DNA of 64,000 bases from NCBI GenBank assembly GCA_041613315.1, contig JBFJHJ010000010.1, positions 10,596 through 74,595 of the forward strand, read 5' to 3'. The notes under the pieces are model-generated. The model worked only from the letters and a program-made list of their open reading frames with translations, did no database searches and had not been told where the DNA came from. Both the position numbers and the translations under genes were made by a program. This stretch comes from Gemmatimonadales bacterium. GTDB taxonomy: Bacteria > Gemmatimonadota > Gemmatimonadetes > Gemmatimonadales > GWC2-71-9. Below, piece by piece: positions 49,143 through 59,071 of the stretch; positions within the stretch are counted from its first letter, which is position 1; every line of letters begins with the position of its first letter.

Positions 49143-51889
49143 TCTCGACACAAACCGACGCGACGCAGCACGTGATGACGGTGGACGGCGAGGAGGTCGC
49201 TTTCACCGGGGGGGAGACCATCTACGCGGTGGCCTCACGGTGCGGGCGGACGATTCCGACGCTGTGCTACGACCCTCGACTCGAGCCGTTCGGGGGCTGC
49301 CGGCTCTGCGTGGTGGAGGTGGAGGGCGCCCGCGCGCCGGTTGCCTCATGCACGACGAAGGCGACGCCGGGCATGGTCGTACGGACGCAGACGGGCGCCA
49401 TCGAGGAGTTGCGCACGGTCCTGCTCGAGCTGGTGGCCTCCGAGAACCGCGCGCTCGACGTCGATCCGCTCCGGGGCTATGCCTCGCAGGAGCTCCGGAC
49501 GCTGGTTGACCGCTATGACGCGCGCACGGGCCGGTTCGCCGGCGCGCGTTCGGGAACGACCAGGCCTGATGACGACAATCCGTTCATTCTGCGCGACTAC
49601 GAGCTGTGTATCTCCTGCTATCGCTGCGTGCGGGTCTGCGCGGAGCAGGAAGGGGACTACGCGATCAGCGTGATGAACCGAGGCTTCCACACGCAGATCA
49701 CCACCGAGTTCAACGGACTCCTCAAGGACTCCGCCTGCACCTTCTGCGGGCAATGCGTGCAGACGTGTCCGACCGGGGCGCTGGCGGACCGGAAAGCGAT
49801 GCGGTTCGAAGACCACCCGGGCGCGATCGAGACGACACGCACGATCTGCCCTTACTGCGGCGTCGGTTGCTCGGTCGATGTGCTGACGAAGGACGGGACG
49901 CTCGTCGGCGTCCAGCCCGCCATGGACGGCCCGGCGAACCGCGGCGCGCTGTGCGTCAAGGGCCAGTTCGCCTACGACTTCGTGCAGCATCCTGAGCGTC
50001 TGGCCACGCCCCTCGTGCGCGGCGACGACGGCGTGCTCCACCCGACCGGCTGGGACGAGGCCCTGGACCGTGCCGCAGAGGGGTTCCGCCGGGCCGCCGC
50101 GGAGCACGGCCGGCACAGCATCTACGGCATCGCCTCCGGCCGTGCCCCGACCGAAGCAGCGTACACGATGCAGAAGTTCATCCGGGCCGGCTTCGGCACG
50201 AATCAGATCGACAACTGTAGCCGTGCCTGACACGCGCCCACGGTCGCCGGTCTGGTGGCCTCGATCGGACGCGGCGCCATGTCGAACCCCCTGGCCGACA
50301 TGGAAAAGCCCGATGTGATCTTCTGCATCGGGACCAACATGACGGAGTGTCACCCCGTGGCGGCGACCCGGATCAAGCGGGCGCTGCGCCGTGGGGCGAA
50401 GATGATCGTGGCTGATCCCCGACGGATCCCGCTCGCGGATCTCGCCGACCTCTATCTCCCCATCCGCGTCGGATCCGACGTGGCGCTCCTGCTGGGAATG
50501 GCCCACGTGATCGCGCGGGACGGCCTCGTGAACCCGGCGTTCATCGATGAGCGTACCACGGAAGCCGAGGCCTTCCTCGAGCATGTCAGGCAGTTCCCGC
50601 CGGAATGGGCGTCGTCGATCACCGGCGTGCCCGCACCGGATATCGAAACGGCCGCCCGCTGGTACGGGACCGCCGACCGCGGCGCGATCTACTACACGCT
50701 CGGCATCACCGAGCACATCTGCGGCGTGGACAACGTTCAAAGCCTGTGCAACCTGGCTCTCATGACGGGGAACGTGGGGCGCGAGGGAACCGGCATCAAC
50801 CCGATGCGGGGCCAGAACAACATCCAGGGTGCGGGAGATTCCGGAGCGTTGCCGAATAACTATCCCGGCTTCCAGGCGGTGACCGACCCCGCACACCAGG
50901 CCACGTTCCGCGAGCGCTACGGCCGCGAGATCGACGGCGAGAAGGGGATCACGAAGGTCACAGCCCTCGATCTCTGTGGAGAACAGATCCGCGCGATGCT
51001 GATCGACGGCGAGAACACCCTGCTCTCGGACCCAGACCGCTCGCACTGCGAGCATGCGCTCCGCAGCCTCGACCACCTGGTCGTCATCGACATCTTCCTC
51101 ACGGAGACCGCGCAGCTGGCCGACGTCGTGCTGCCGGCGACCGCGTGGGCCGAGACGGACGGTACGTGTACCAACACCGAGCGTCGCGTCCAGCGCCTTC
51201 ACGCCGCCGTGCCGCCGTTCGGGGAGGCCCGGCCCGACTGGTGGATCATCAGCCAGATCGCCCGGCGCCTGGGCATCCCGGGGTTCGACCTCACCTCGGC
51301 CGCCGACGTGTTCAATGAACTGTGCAGTGTCTCGGCCATCTACGCCGGCCTCGACTGGGATCGGATCGAGCACGGGGCCTACCACTGGCCCGTCCCCCAC
51401 CCCGGGCACCCGGGCACGCCGATTCTCCACCAGGGACGCTTCGAGAACGGCCGTGGCATCTTCCAGCTCATCAGTTACCGAGACCCGGCCGAGACGATCA
51501 GCGCGGACTATCCGGTGTGGCTCACGACCGGCCGCCGACTGGCCTCGTATCACACCCGCACGCAGACGGGCCGCGCGCAGGGCATCGACTACCTGCTGCC
51601 GGAGGAAGCGCTCGAGGTGCACCCGGACGATGTCGCGGCGTGGAAACTGGCGGACGGGGGATGGTGCCGCGTATCGAGCCCGCGCGGCTGCGTCGCGATC
51701 AAGGTGCGCGCCACGCGCCGCTCGCCGCGGGGCACGGTGTTCGCGAGCTTCAGCTTCGCCGATGTGCCCGTCAATGTCCTGACGGGGGCCGGCTACGACC
51801 CGGTCACCCAGACGGCGGAGCTCAAGGTGTGCCCCGTCCGGGTCGAGCCAGCAGCCATGCCACCGCGGGCCGGCACGGCGGGCGCGTGA
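49139..51889 (+). CDS. fdhF: Formate dehydrogenase alpha subunit (Mo/W-bisPGD), selenoprotein with Sec at UGA 50228-50230
   Basis: ORFs 48884..50230 and 50255..51889 are in the same frame, joined as IDNCSRA-U-HAPTVAGL..GRGAMSN, the catalytic Cys/Sec-His site. Also N-terminal 2Fe-2S, two 4Fe-4S (CISCYRC, CTFCGQC), CPYCGVGC, RGQNNIQGAGD, TNTERRVQ. Confidence 0.93.
50242..50260 (+). promoter_or_regulatory. Bacterial SECIS hairpin
   Basis: GGUCGCC-GGUCU-GGUGGCC stem-loop starting 11 nt after the UGA, with a G-led loop closely resembling the E. coli fdhF SECIS (GGUUGCA-GGUCU-GCACC). Confidence 0.85.
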
Positions 51890-51931
51890 GTCACCGCCCG
51901 GAGCGGACCGGACACCGGCGACGGAGAACGT

Positions 51932-52516
51932 CTACGCTCCGAAGTACGCCGGCTCGTTCCCCTTCTTCCATTTGATATTGCAGCCGATGCTGGGCTTCTG
52001 GTCTGCGGGGACCGGTGTGCCGGCCAACACCGCGTCCAGCGCCCGCCGGAGATCCTTGCCCGTCACGCGCACGCCGGTCTTCGGCCGGCTGTCGTCGAGT
52101 TGGCCGCGGTAGACGAGTGCCCGGTCGCCGTCGAACACATAGAAATCGGGCGTGCACGCGGCATGAAACGCCTGGGCGACCGCCTGAGTCTCGTCGTGGC
52201 AGAACGGGAATTGCCAGCCCTCCGCACGCACCAGCGCCTTCATGTTGGCCGGAGCGTCCTCCGGATAATTGGCGACGTCGTTCGAGTTGATCGCGACGAT
52301 GCCCACGCCCTTCGGCTGATAGTCCTTCGCCACCCGGCCCAACTCCGTCTTCACGTGCTTCACGAACGGGCAATGGTTGCAGATGAACATCACCAGGAGA
52401 GCCGCGCGGTCCGCAAAGTCCTCCGGTGAGACGGTCGTGCCCGTCACGACGTCCGTGAGCGAGAAGGCGGGCACGGTGGTGCCAAGAGGCAGCATGGTGG
52501 ACGCCGTCTGCACCAT
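51932..52516 (-). CDS. Thioredoxin-fold (AhpC/TSA-like) protein
   Basis: MFICNHCPFV, INSND, AACTPDF, YRGQLDDSRP, PSIGCNIKW. Confidence 0.92.
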   Translation of the reverse strand: MVQTASTMLPLGTTVPAFSLTDVVTGTTVSPEDFADRAALLVMFICNHCPFVKHVKTELGRVAKDYQPKGVGIVAINSNDVANYPEDAPANMKALVRAEGWQFPFCHDETQAVAQAFHAACTPDFYVFDGDRALVYRGQLDDSRPKTGVRVTGKDLRRALDAVLAGTPVPADQKPSIGCNIKWKKGNEPAYFGA

Positions 52517-52652
52517 GGGGACGCTCCTTTCGCGCGGGGGTCAGGGATGCGGCTCCATCCGCGTGTGCGGACAGGAAGGAATATACGCCGCCGCCGCTTC
52601 CGCCCGGAGCCCTCGCTTGACCCGCCGCCCGCTCCGCGGCCAGTATGCAGCC

Positions 52653-53465
52653 ATGGCGATCTCCTCCGATCGGCCCGACGCCAAACCCGATCCCCGCATG
52701 CGGCACGTCACGGTCGTGCGCCGCCGCGGCGGCGAGCGCGTCATCGACCACGTCGCGACCGAGGATCCGCTCGAGATCCGGTTGGGGGGGACCCCCCTTG
52801 CCGTGACCATGCGTACGCCGGGTGACGACGACGACCTGGTGTGCGGGTTTCTCCTGACCGAGGGGATTCTGCTCACCCCCGATGAGATCGCCCGCATCGA
52901 GCGACTCGACGACTCACGCGTGGCGGTGCACTTCGCGCCCGACGTCGCGGTCGATCCCGCGCGGTTCCAGCGCAACATGTTCGTCTCCAGCTCCTGCGGG
53001 ATCTGCGGCAAGGCCTCGATCGAGGCCGTCCAGCTCGTGGCGCGCCCCGCGGCCCCGTTCACGGTTTCGCGCGCCGTGCTTGGCGCGCTGACCGGCCGGC
53101 TCCGGGAGCGGCAGCCGACGTTCGACCAGACGGGCGGGCTCCATGCGGCGGGCGTCTTCGACCTCTCGGGCCGTGCCGTCGCCGTGCGGGAAGACGTGGG
53201 CCGCCACAACGCGGTGGACAAGGCCATCGGCGCCACCGCCAGAGCCGCCTGGCCCCTGCCACCGGCGCTCCTCGTCGTGTCCGGCCGCCAGAGCTTCGAG
53301 ATCGTGCAGAAGGCCGCGGTGGTCGGGATCGGCGGCGTCGTCGGCGTGTCCGCGCCGTCATCCCTCGCGGTCGAGCTCGCTCAGAGCCTCGACATGCTGC
53401 TCGTCGGATTCGCGCGGGGCACGGAGTTCAACGTGTACGCCGGCGACACACGCGTGGGACGCTAG
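52653..53465 (+). CDS. fdhD: Formate dehydrogenase accessory sulfurtransferase FdhD
   Basis: EDPLEI, TMRTPG, GFLLTEG, SSCGICG, TGGLHAAG, REDVGRHNAVDK, SAPSSLA. Confidence 0.96.
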   Translation: MAISSDRPDAKPDPRMRHVTVVRRRGGERVIDHVATEDPLEIRLGGTPLAVTMRTPGDDDDLVCGFLLTEGILLTPDEIARIERLDDSRVAVHFAPDVAVDPARFQRNMFVSSSCGICGKASIEAVQLVARPAAPFTVSRAVLGALTGRLRERQPTFDQTGGLHAAGVFDLSGRAVAVREDVGRHNAVDKAIGATARAAWPLPPALLVVSGRQSFEIVQKAAVVGIGGVVGVSAPSSLAVELAQSLDMLLVGFARGTEFNVYAGDTRVGR

Positions 53466-53497
53466 GCTGGTGACGGGCTGAGGACCGTGGTGTTGAC

Positions 53498-53677
53498 TCA
53501 GCGCGCGGTATCGCGCGCCATCACGGTGTCCCCGCGCGCACCCGTTCCCGGCGCGCCGATCGTATCGGCGACCGTGGAGCGGGACGGCGGCTCGTCGGAG
53601 CGCTCGCCGCCCCGCTCTTCGCCCCCACAGGCACCGACCAACACGACGACCAGCCCAACGTGCCACAGTGTGCGCAT
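53498..53677 (-). CDS. Small lipoprotein (59 aa)
   Basis: MRTLWHVGLVVVLVGAC lipobox, SD GGAGG, and its own TTGACG-16-TAGCTT promoter (53751-53724). Confidence 0.65.
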   Translation of the reverse strand: MRTLWHVGLVVVLVGACGGEERGGERSDEPPSRSTVADTIGAPGTGARGDTVMARDTAR

Positions 53678-53755
53678 CGTTACCCTCCGGCGAGATGCCA
53701 GGTCCGGGGTGATGGGCGGCCGCAAGCTAGCGCCCGCCGGGGAGGCGTCAAGCAC

Positions 53756-56116
53756 GTGAACCGACGGACGTTCGTGCACTCGATCGCCGCCGCAGCGTTC
53801 GCGCCGCCGGTGCTCGGCGACACCGTTGCCGCCCGAGGGTCAGCGCCTCGCGTGGACGCCGCCACCACGCTGTTCTACGCGCCGCCCGACGGCCGCGCGA
53901 GCTTGGTGCGCTTCCTCGCGCGCGAGGTCGACGCGCCGGCGGGACGGCTGCGCGTGTACGACGGCGCGCGGCGGCTCGTGGGGACGGCGGGGATGATCCG
54001 CCGCGGCGACGCGCTCTACGGCGAGCTCTGGCTCCAGGTGGGCGTCGGCCTGACCGTCGGGACCGAGCTGGAGGCACCCGGACTTCGCGGCGTGCTCCGC
54101 AATCAGCACCGCCTCCAGCCCCGCCGGCGGTGGACGATCCACTGGCTGACGGTGCTGGACCCGGCCGTCCTCACACAGACCCTGGAGGCCCTGCCGCAGC
54201 CGGGCCGCGGCGTGTTCGGCGCGACGCTCGCGAGCGCGGGCGTACGCGCCAACCCGCTCCCGCCGGGGCCTGCGCTCGGTGCCCTCGATCACCTGCCATT
54301 CCTCAGGATGGGACGCGCCGCCCAGCACGTACAGGAAGTACTCGGCGTCCCGGCGTCTGCGCTCGCCCTTGCCACGAGCCCGGGCGACTACCCGCCAACG
54401 ACGCCGATCGCCCTTGCCGGGGCGGGCACGCCTTACGCGGCGTTGCCCTGGCGGGAGGATCTCCCGTTCGCCTGGTGGCGCGGACCGGATGGCTCGCGTG
54501 TGCTCGCCATCGCCGTTCCACCCGGCGGCGACGCGAGCGCGCTAGGGTTCGCAGCAGGTCGCGCGGAGATGACGCGGCGGGTGGAGCAGTGGCTCATGAC
54601 CCTCCCACCCGGACTCGCACCGTCGTCCAACGGTCGGACCGCTGAAGCGGCGGACGCCCATGTGCTCGTCCTCGGCGCGCAGCTGCCCGAGGCCATCGCG
54701 CAGATGTACCAGGCAGTCCGGGAATGGAACAGCCGCTTCGCATATCCCCGGATCGTTGTGGGAATGGGCGACGCGCTGCTCACCGCCATCGAGCGCCGGG
54801 GTGGAGCCGCCGGGCCGCCGCTGGCCCCGATGCCACCCGCCGCATGGGAACCGCCCCAGGCCGATTTCTTCGCGGCCGCCCGCACCGCGCGCGACGCCGC
54901 GGCCGAAGACCGTGCGGCCGGCATCCTCGCTCCGTTCGTGGCGCTGCTCGGCCGCCCGGGCGCGCGCACCAGCACCGACTCGGCGCTCGACGCCGTGAGC
55001 CGGGAGATCGAAACCGAAGCCGGCGGGACGATCGTCTTCAACCCCTCGCCGTTTTCGCGGACCGATGTGGCCCGCTTTCCCGACAGCGCGGAGCGCGTGG
55101 TGACCGACGTCCCGGCGCTCGGTTACGTCTTCGTGCCAGACGCGATGTTCGGCAGAGAGGAGCGGGAGGAGCGGCACGAGCGACGGACCATCGCCGAGGG
55201 GGGCGGCTACCGCGTCAGGATCGACGAGGCGTCCGGCGCGATCGCGTCGTTTACGTCGGCGGAGGGGCGTGAGTGGGTGCGCCCGGAGAGCGACGGCCTG
55301 AACGCGCTCCCGGGGGCGATCCTCGAGGAGCTCACGCTCGTGCGGGTCGACGGGGTCGGCCAGCGCCTCGTGGCTCGGCGGTGGTCGCCGGAATACGGTG
55401 CGCTCAGGACGTCCATCACCGTGTACGACGCCTTGCCGTGGGTGGACCTCGAGAACAGCACCGACGAGACCGGTGGCGCACCGGTCCGCTACCGATTTCC
55501 ATTTGCACTCGACGCGCCGCGCGTCCGCTGGGAGATCCCGGCGGGCAGCGCGGAGAGCGCTGCCCCGGTCGCCCGCGCCGTACCCCTCCGCTGGCTCGCG
55601 CTCGACGGGCCCGGCGGGTCGGTCATGGTGAGCGGGCGCGACGCGCCCCACGCCGAGGTGACGACCGACGGTCTCCTCCTGGCCACCGCGGCGCCGGGGC
55701 GGGCGCGCTTCCGGCTGCGCACCGCGAATGAGCCGCCGCCGCCGGGCGACGTGGCGCGCCTCGGCTGGAGCACCGAAGCGTTCCGCACCGCGCGCGTCGC
55801 GCGCGGTCCGACCGGCCGTCTCCCCCGGTTCGGGTCGCTCGTGGTCGTGGACCAGCCGGGTGTTGCCCTGGTGGGCCTCAAATCCGCGGACGTGGGCGAT
55901 GGAGTCGTCGTGTATCTGCAGGAGCTGCTGGGGGCCGCACGCTTCGTATCGGTGGGCGCGGGGTTGTTGGGATTCGGGTCGGCGCGCGTCGTGGATCTCC
56001 TCGAGCGCGACGCCGGCCGTGACGCCATGCCGGTCACCGAAGGGGTGTTCGTCGAGATCCCGTCCAACGGGGTAGTGGCGCTCCGGCTCGATGACGTGCG
56101 CCTCCGCCTCACGTGA
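53756..56116 (+). CDS. Tat-exported glycoside hydrolase family 38-like protein lacking the catalytic metal motif
   Basis: NRRTFV Tat signal. GH38-like motifs FAWWRGPDGSRVL, VREWN.RFAYPRI, VFNP..F.RTDV, DVPALGY, LK.A..GDG.VVYLQE. WTIHWLTVLD sits where HSHxD is expected. Confidence 0.65.
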   Translation: MNRRTFVHSIAAAAFAPPVLGDTVAARGSAPRVDAATTLFYAPPDGRASLVRFLAREVDAPAGRLRVYDGARRLVGTAGMIRRGDALYGELWLQVGVGLTVGTELEAPGLRGVLRNQHRLQPRRRWTIHWLTVLDPAVLTQTLEALPQPGRGVFGATLASAGVRANPLPPGPALGALDHLPFLRMGRAAQHVQEVLGVPASALALATSPGDYPPTTPIALAGAGTPYAALPWREDLPFAWWRGPDGSRVLAIAVPPGGDASALGFAAGRAEMTRRVEQWLMTLPPGLAPSSNGRTAEAADAHVLVLGAQLPEAIAQMYQAVREWNSRFAYPRIVVGMGDALLTAIERRGGAAGPPLAPMPPAAWEPPQADFFAAARTARDAAAEDRAAGILAPFVALLGRPGARTSTDSALDAVSREIETEAGGTIVFNPSPFSRTDVARFPDSAERVVTDVPALGYVFVPDAMFGREEREERHERRTIAEGGGYRVRIDEASGAIASFTSAEGREWVRPESDGLNALPGAILEELTLVRVDGVGQRLVARRWSPEYGALRTSITVYDALPWVDLENSTDETGGAPVRYRFPFALDAPRVRWEIPAGSAESAAPVARAVPLRWLALDGPGGSVMVSGRDAPHAEVTTDGLLLATAAPGRARFRLRTANEPPPPGDVARLGWSTEAFRTARVARGPTGRLPRFGSLVVVDQPGVALVGLKSADVGDGVVVYLQELLGAARFVSVGAGLLGFGSARVVDLLERDAGRDAMPVTEGVFVEIPSNGVVALRLDDVRLRLT

Positions 56117-56134
56117 TCGCGGCGCAACTGCGCG

Positions 56135-58294
56135 TCAGCGCCCGCCGAACGTCCTTCGTAACGCCAGACGAAACGCCACCCGCTCGGCAGGCGTGAGAAA
56201 CCGTTCCAATTCGCCGGTCCCGCGGTTCTCGTTATAAGCGCCGAAGACGGCCCGCCTGGCGTCGAGCACGTTCGTCACCACACCGGAGACGCGCCATCCG
56301 CGGCGTTCCCACGCGACGCGAACGTCCGCCGTCACATACGCGTCCAACGGCTCAATCTCGTTCGCTTCGTCACCACGGAGCCACTGCGTTCCGTTGTACC
56401 GCGCTTCGACCCCGCCCTCGAAGCCGGCGCGAAGCTCGACGGACGCGCCGCCCCGGACGACGTGTGCGGGGATCAGCGGGAGCCGCCGGCCGGCGACCAC
56501 GGTATTGGCACCAAAGAAGGGGCTCGCCGCGAAGTCGCCATCCGAGCGGGGGCTGAAGATCTCCGCCGCCGTCTGAAAGGTGGCGTTCGTGTACGCGTAG
56601 TTGGCGTAGAAGGCGTGCCGACCGCCGATCTGGGTCCGCGCGGACAACTCCAGGCCCTCGCGTCGCGTCCCGCCGATATTGGCGAAGAACCCCTCAAACA
56701 GCGCTGCGTCCGATGCGATGAAGAAGATGTCGTCCGCGACCTCGGTGCGGTGGAGCGCTGCCGTGAAGCTCGTGGCTCCGATCGTCCAGCGCGCGCCGGC
56801 CTCGTAGGTGGTGGCGACGACGGGATCGAGGGGAGGATCGTCGCCCAGCGCGAACGGCAGCGGGCACGCCGCCGTCTCGTCGGCGCAGGCGAGCTCCACC
56901 ACCGCGGGCGCGCGGAAGCTCTGCCCGATGGACGCGTATAGCACTGCGTCCGCGCCCAGCTCGAGGGACACACCACCCCGGGGGCTGAAACGCCGGAACG
57001 TGCTCGTCGTGTCAGCCGCCGGATCGAGGTTGTCCTCGAAGGGGACGCGGATGTGGTCGTAGCGAACCCCACCGGACACGATGAGCCGGCCGATGTGGAC
57101 GTCGGCGAGCGCGTACCCCGCGAGGTCCCAGCTGGGACTGTCGACGTCGGTGGTGAGCTGCCCTGAACCGGCCGCCTCTTCGAGCAGCCGGAGGTTCACG
57201 GCGTTGGCTGCCCCATCCACGCCGACGCGGAGGGCGACCACAGCACCGCCGACCGGCGCCGTCGCTCGCCAATCGAGATTCCCGCCGAGCGTCCGGGTGC
57301 GGCTGAACCCCCGCACGTCCGGGTCGGGCGCCTGGTTCACGTTGAAGCGTTCGGCGGCGTGCCGCCGGTGATACACCGTCAGCGAGCCCCGTCCTGGCCC
57401 CATCGGCGCGTAGCCAGCGACGCTGACCTGAACCAGGTCCAGATCCTCGAAGTCCCCGGCGGTGAAGTTCGCGCGCGGCGTCGTCCGAAAGAGACTCTCG
57501 GGCAGCGAGCCGGCCGTCTCGGCGACGGACCTGGCGCCGAACACCTGGAGCGTGAGCCCGCGCCGGGCACTCAGCCTCCCGAGGTTGACGAAGACGTTGT
57601 AGCGCTCGGTCCCGGTCGCGTCGCGCCAGCCATCAGCGCTTTCGTAACCGCCCCCGAGATAGTAGTCCCACCCCCGGGCGGCACCGGCGACCGACCCTTC
57701 CACGCCGTAGCCGGCGAACGAGCCGGCGGCGATCTCGACCTCCGCCTCCCACGGCCCGTCTCCGCGTCGAGTGATGAGGTTGATCGCGCCACCCAAGGAG
57801 TTGGCGCCCAGCAGAGATCCGGCGCCGCTCAAGAGCTCCACTCGCTTCACGTGTTCCAGGGGGAGGAGGTCGAAGTTCACCTGCGCCGCGTCCGCTTCGT
57901 TTTGACGGACGCCGTCGAGGAACACCGACACCCCCGGAGGAAGGCCGACCACCGGGCCCACGTGAAAGCCGCGTGTGCTGAGCGTGAGCTTATGCGGACT
58001 CCCGAGGTCATCGTGCAGGGAGATGCCGGCCAGCGCGGCGAGGGCGCCGGCCACGGTGCGGCGCTCCCACGCCTCGAGGTCGCGCTCGAGGAGCAGCGAC
58101 ACCCGGGCGGGAACACCGGAGCCGATCCTGGGTCCCGCCAGCGGCGCAATCGTCGCGACGACCTCGACGGGGGAGAGCCTGACGGCGGCGCTGTCTCCGG
58201 CGCGAGCGGTGTCGGGTGCCTGGCCCGCCGCCGGTGCCGCGACCGCACAGGCCGCAACGGCGGCCGCAGCCCACGCCGGCAGCTCACATCGCAT
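56135..58294 (-). CDS. TonB-dependent receptor (C-x5-C motif type)
   Basis: Signal peptide, TonB-box-like LSPVEVVA, plug region SVFLDGVRQNE...RVELLSG...GGAINLIT, ELACADETAACPLP..LGDDPPL, C-terminal NVLD...RRTF. Confidence 0.92.
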   Translation of the reverse strand: MRCELPAWAAAAVAACAVAAPAAGQAPDTARAGDSAAVRLSPVEVVATIAPLAGPRIGSGVPARVSLLLERDLEAWERRTVAGALAALAGISLHDDLGSPHKLTLSTRGFHVGPVVGLPPGVSVFLDGVRQNEADAAQVNFDLLPLEHVKRVELLSGAGSLLGANSLGGAINLITRRGDGPWEAEVEIAAGSFAGYGVEGSVAGAARGWDYYLGGGYESADGWRDATGTERYNVFVNLGRLSARRGLTLQVFGARSVAETAGSLPESLFRTTPRANFTAGDFEDLDLVQVSVAGYAPMGPGRGSLTVYHRRHAAERFNVNQAPDPDVRGFSRTRTLGGNLDWRATAPVGGAVVALRVGVDGAANAVNLRLLEEAAGSGQLTTDVDSPSWDLAGYALADVHIGRLIVSGGVRYDHIRVPFEDNLDPAADTTSTFRRFSPRGGVSLELGADAVLYASIGQSFRAPAVVELACADETAACPLPFALGDDPPLDPVVATTYEAGARWTIGATSFTAALHRTEVADDIFFIASDAALFEGFFANIGGTRREGLELSARTQIGGRHAFYANYAYTNATFQTAAEIFSPRSDGDFAASPFFGANTVVAGRRLPLIPAHVVRGGASVELRAGFEGGVEARYNGTQWLRGDEANEIEPLDAYVTADVRVAWERRGWRVSGVVTNVLDARRAVFGAYNENRGTGELERFLTPAERVAFRLALRRTFGGR

Positions 58295-58361
58295 CGGCCG
58301 AGCTGCCGCCGATCCCGGCGACGCTAGGCTGGACGCCCCGTTCACGATAGGCACCAGCGCA

Positions 58362-58389
58362 CGGCGGGCCGGCTCGCGCCGGCCCGCCG
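58362..58389. terminator. Perfect 12-bp hairpin after the 58416-59015 gene
   Basis: CGGCGGGCCGGC-TCGC-GCCGGCCCGCCG, with no U-tract. Confidence 0.45.
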
Positions 58390-58415
58390 GTTGTCGCGTC
58401 GTCGTCCGCAGGGGC

Positions 58416-59015
58416 TCAGCGGGCGACCTTCCAGGGCGCGAGCGGCAAGGAAAGACCGTAGAGGAGCACTGAGCGGTCACCGAAATCGACGCCATCGGGC
58501 AGCCCGGTGAGCACGTAGGCGTACAGGGCGTACAGGCTCAGATTGGCCAGCTGACCGCGCGCGTTCGCGAGCGAGCCGATCTTCAGGAAGAAATCGGCCT
58601 CGAACAGGAACTTGTGGGTGTAGTCGCTGTTGCCGGTCGCGGCCGGACCGTAGCTGAACAGTGCATCGAAGTCGAGCGCCGCCGCCTTGGTGTTGAAAAT
58701 GTTCACGATCGGCCCATAGACGAACGACGGCGAGTTCGCCTTGCCCCCTGCCGCGTTGTCGGCAAACGGGAGCCACTGAATGATCCCGACGATCACGGTC
58801 CGCGGAATCTCGAGGGGCAGGACCGTTACGAATCGGATGTTGAAGTCGGTGTTCGTCGACGTCCCAGGGTCCTTGTCAATGAAGTTCGTCGTGATGAAGC
58901 CCGGCTGCATGACGAACACCGGGTTCAAGAACCCCTTGGTCTCCTCCTCCTGCGCGACTGCCGATGCAGCCAGACACAGCACCGCACCGCAGACCAGCGA
59001 AGTGACGCGTTTCAT
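58416..59015 (-). CDS. Hypothetical exported protein, probable small outer-membrane beta-barrel
   Basis: SD AGGAGG, signal peptide (ASAVA-Q), alternating aromatic/hydrophobic strands (FNIRFVT, LDFDALFSY, FLFEADFFL, LSLYALYAY, LLYGLSL). Confidence 0.75.
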   Translation of the reverse strand: MKRVTSLVCGAVLCLAASAVAQEEETKGFLNPVFVMQPGFITTNFIDKDPGTSTNTDFNIRFVTVLPLEIPRTVIVGIIQWLPFADNAAGGKANSPSFVYGPIVNIFNTKAAALDFDALFSYGPAATGNSDYTHKFLFEADFFLKIGSLANARGQLANLSLYALYAYVLTGLPDGVDFGDRSVLLYGLSLPLAPWKVAR

Positions 59016-59071
59016 CGCTCACTCCTCCTGAAAGGGTGCCTCAGTTAGACGGCCACGCGACCTATCGATCA

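Noticed and set aside
49139..51889. FDH alpha as a pseudogene or two separate genes
   Set aside because: The stop is an in-frame UGA exactly at the catalytic Cys/Sec position, followed by a SECIS-like hairpin, and both halves are intact.
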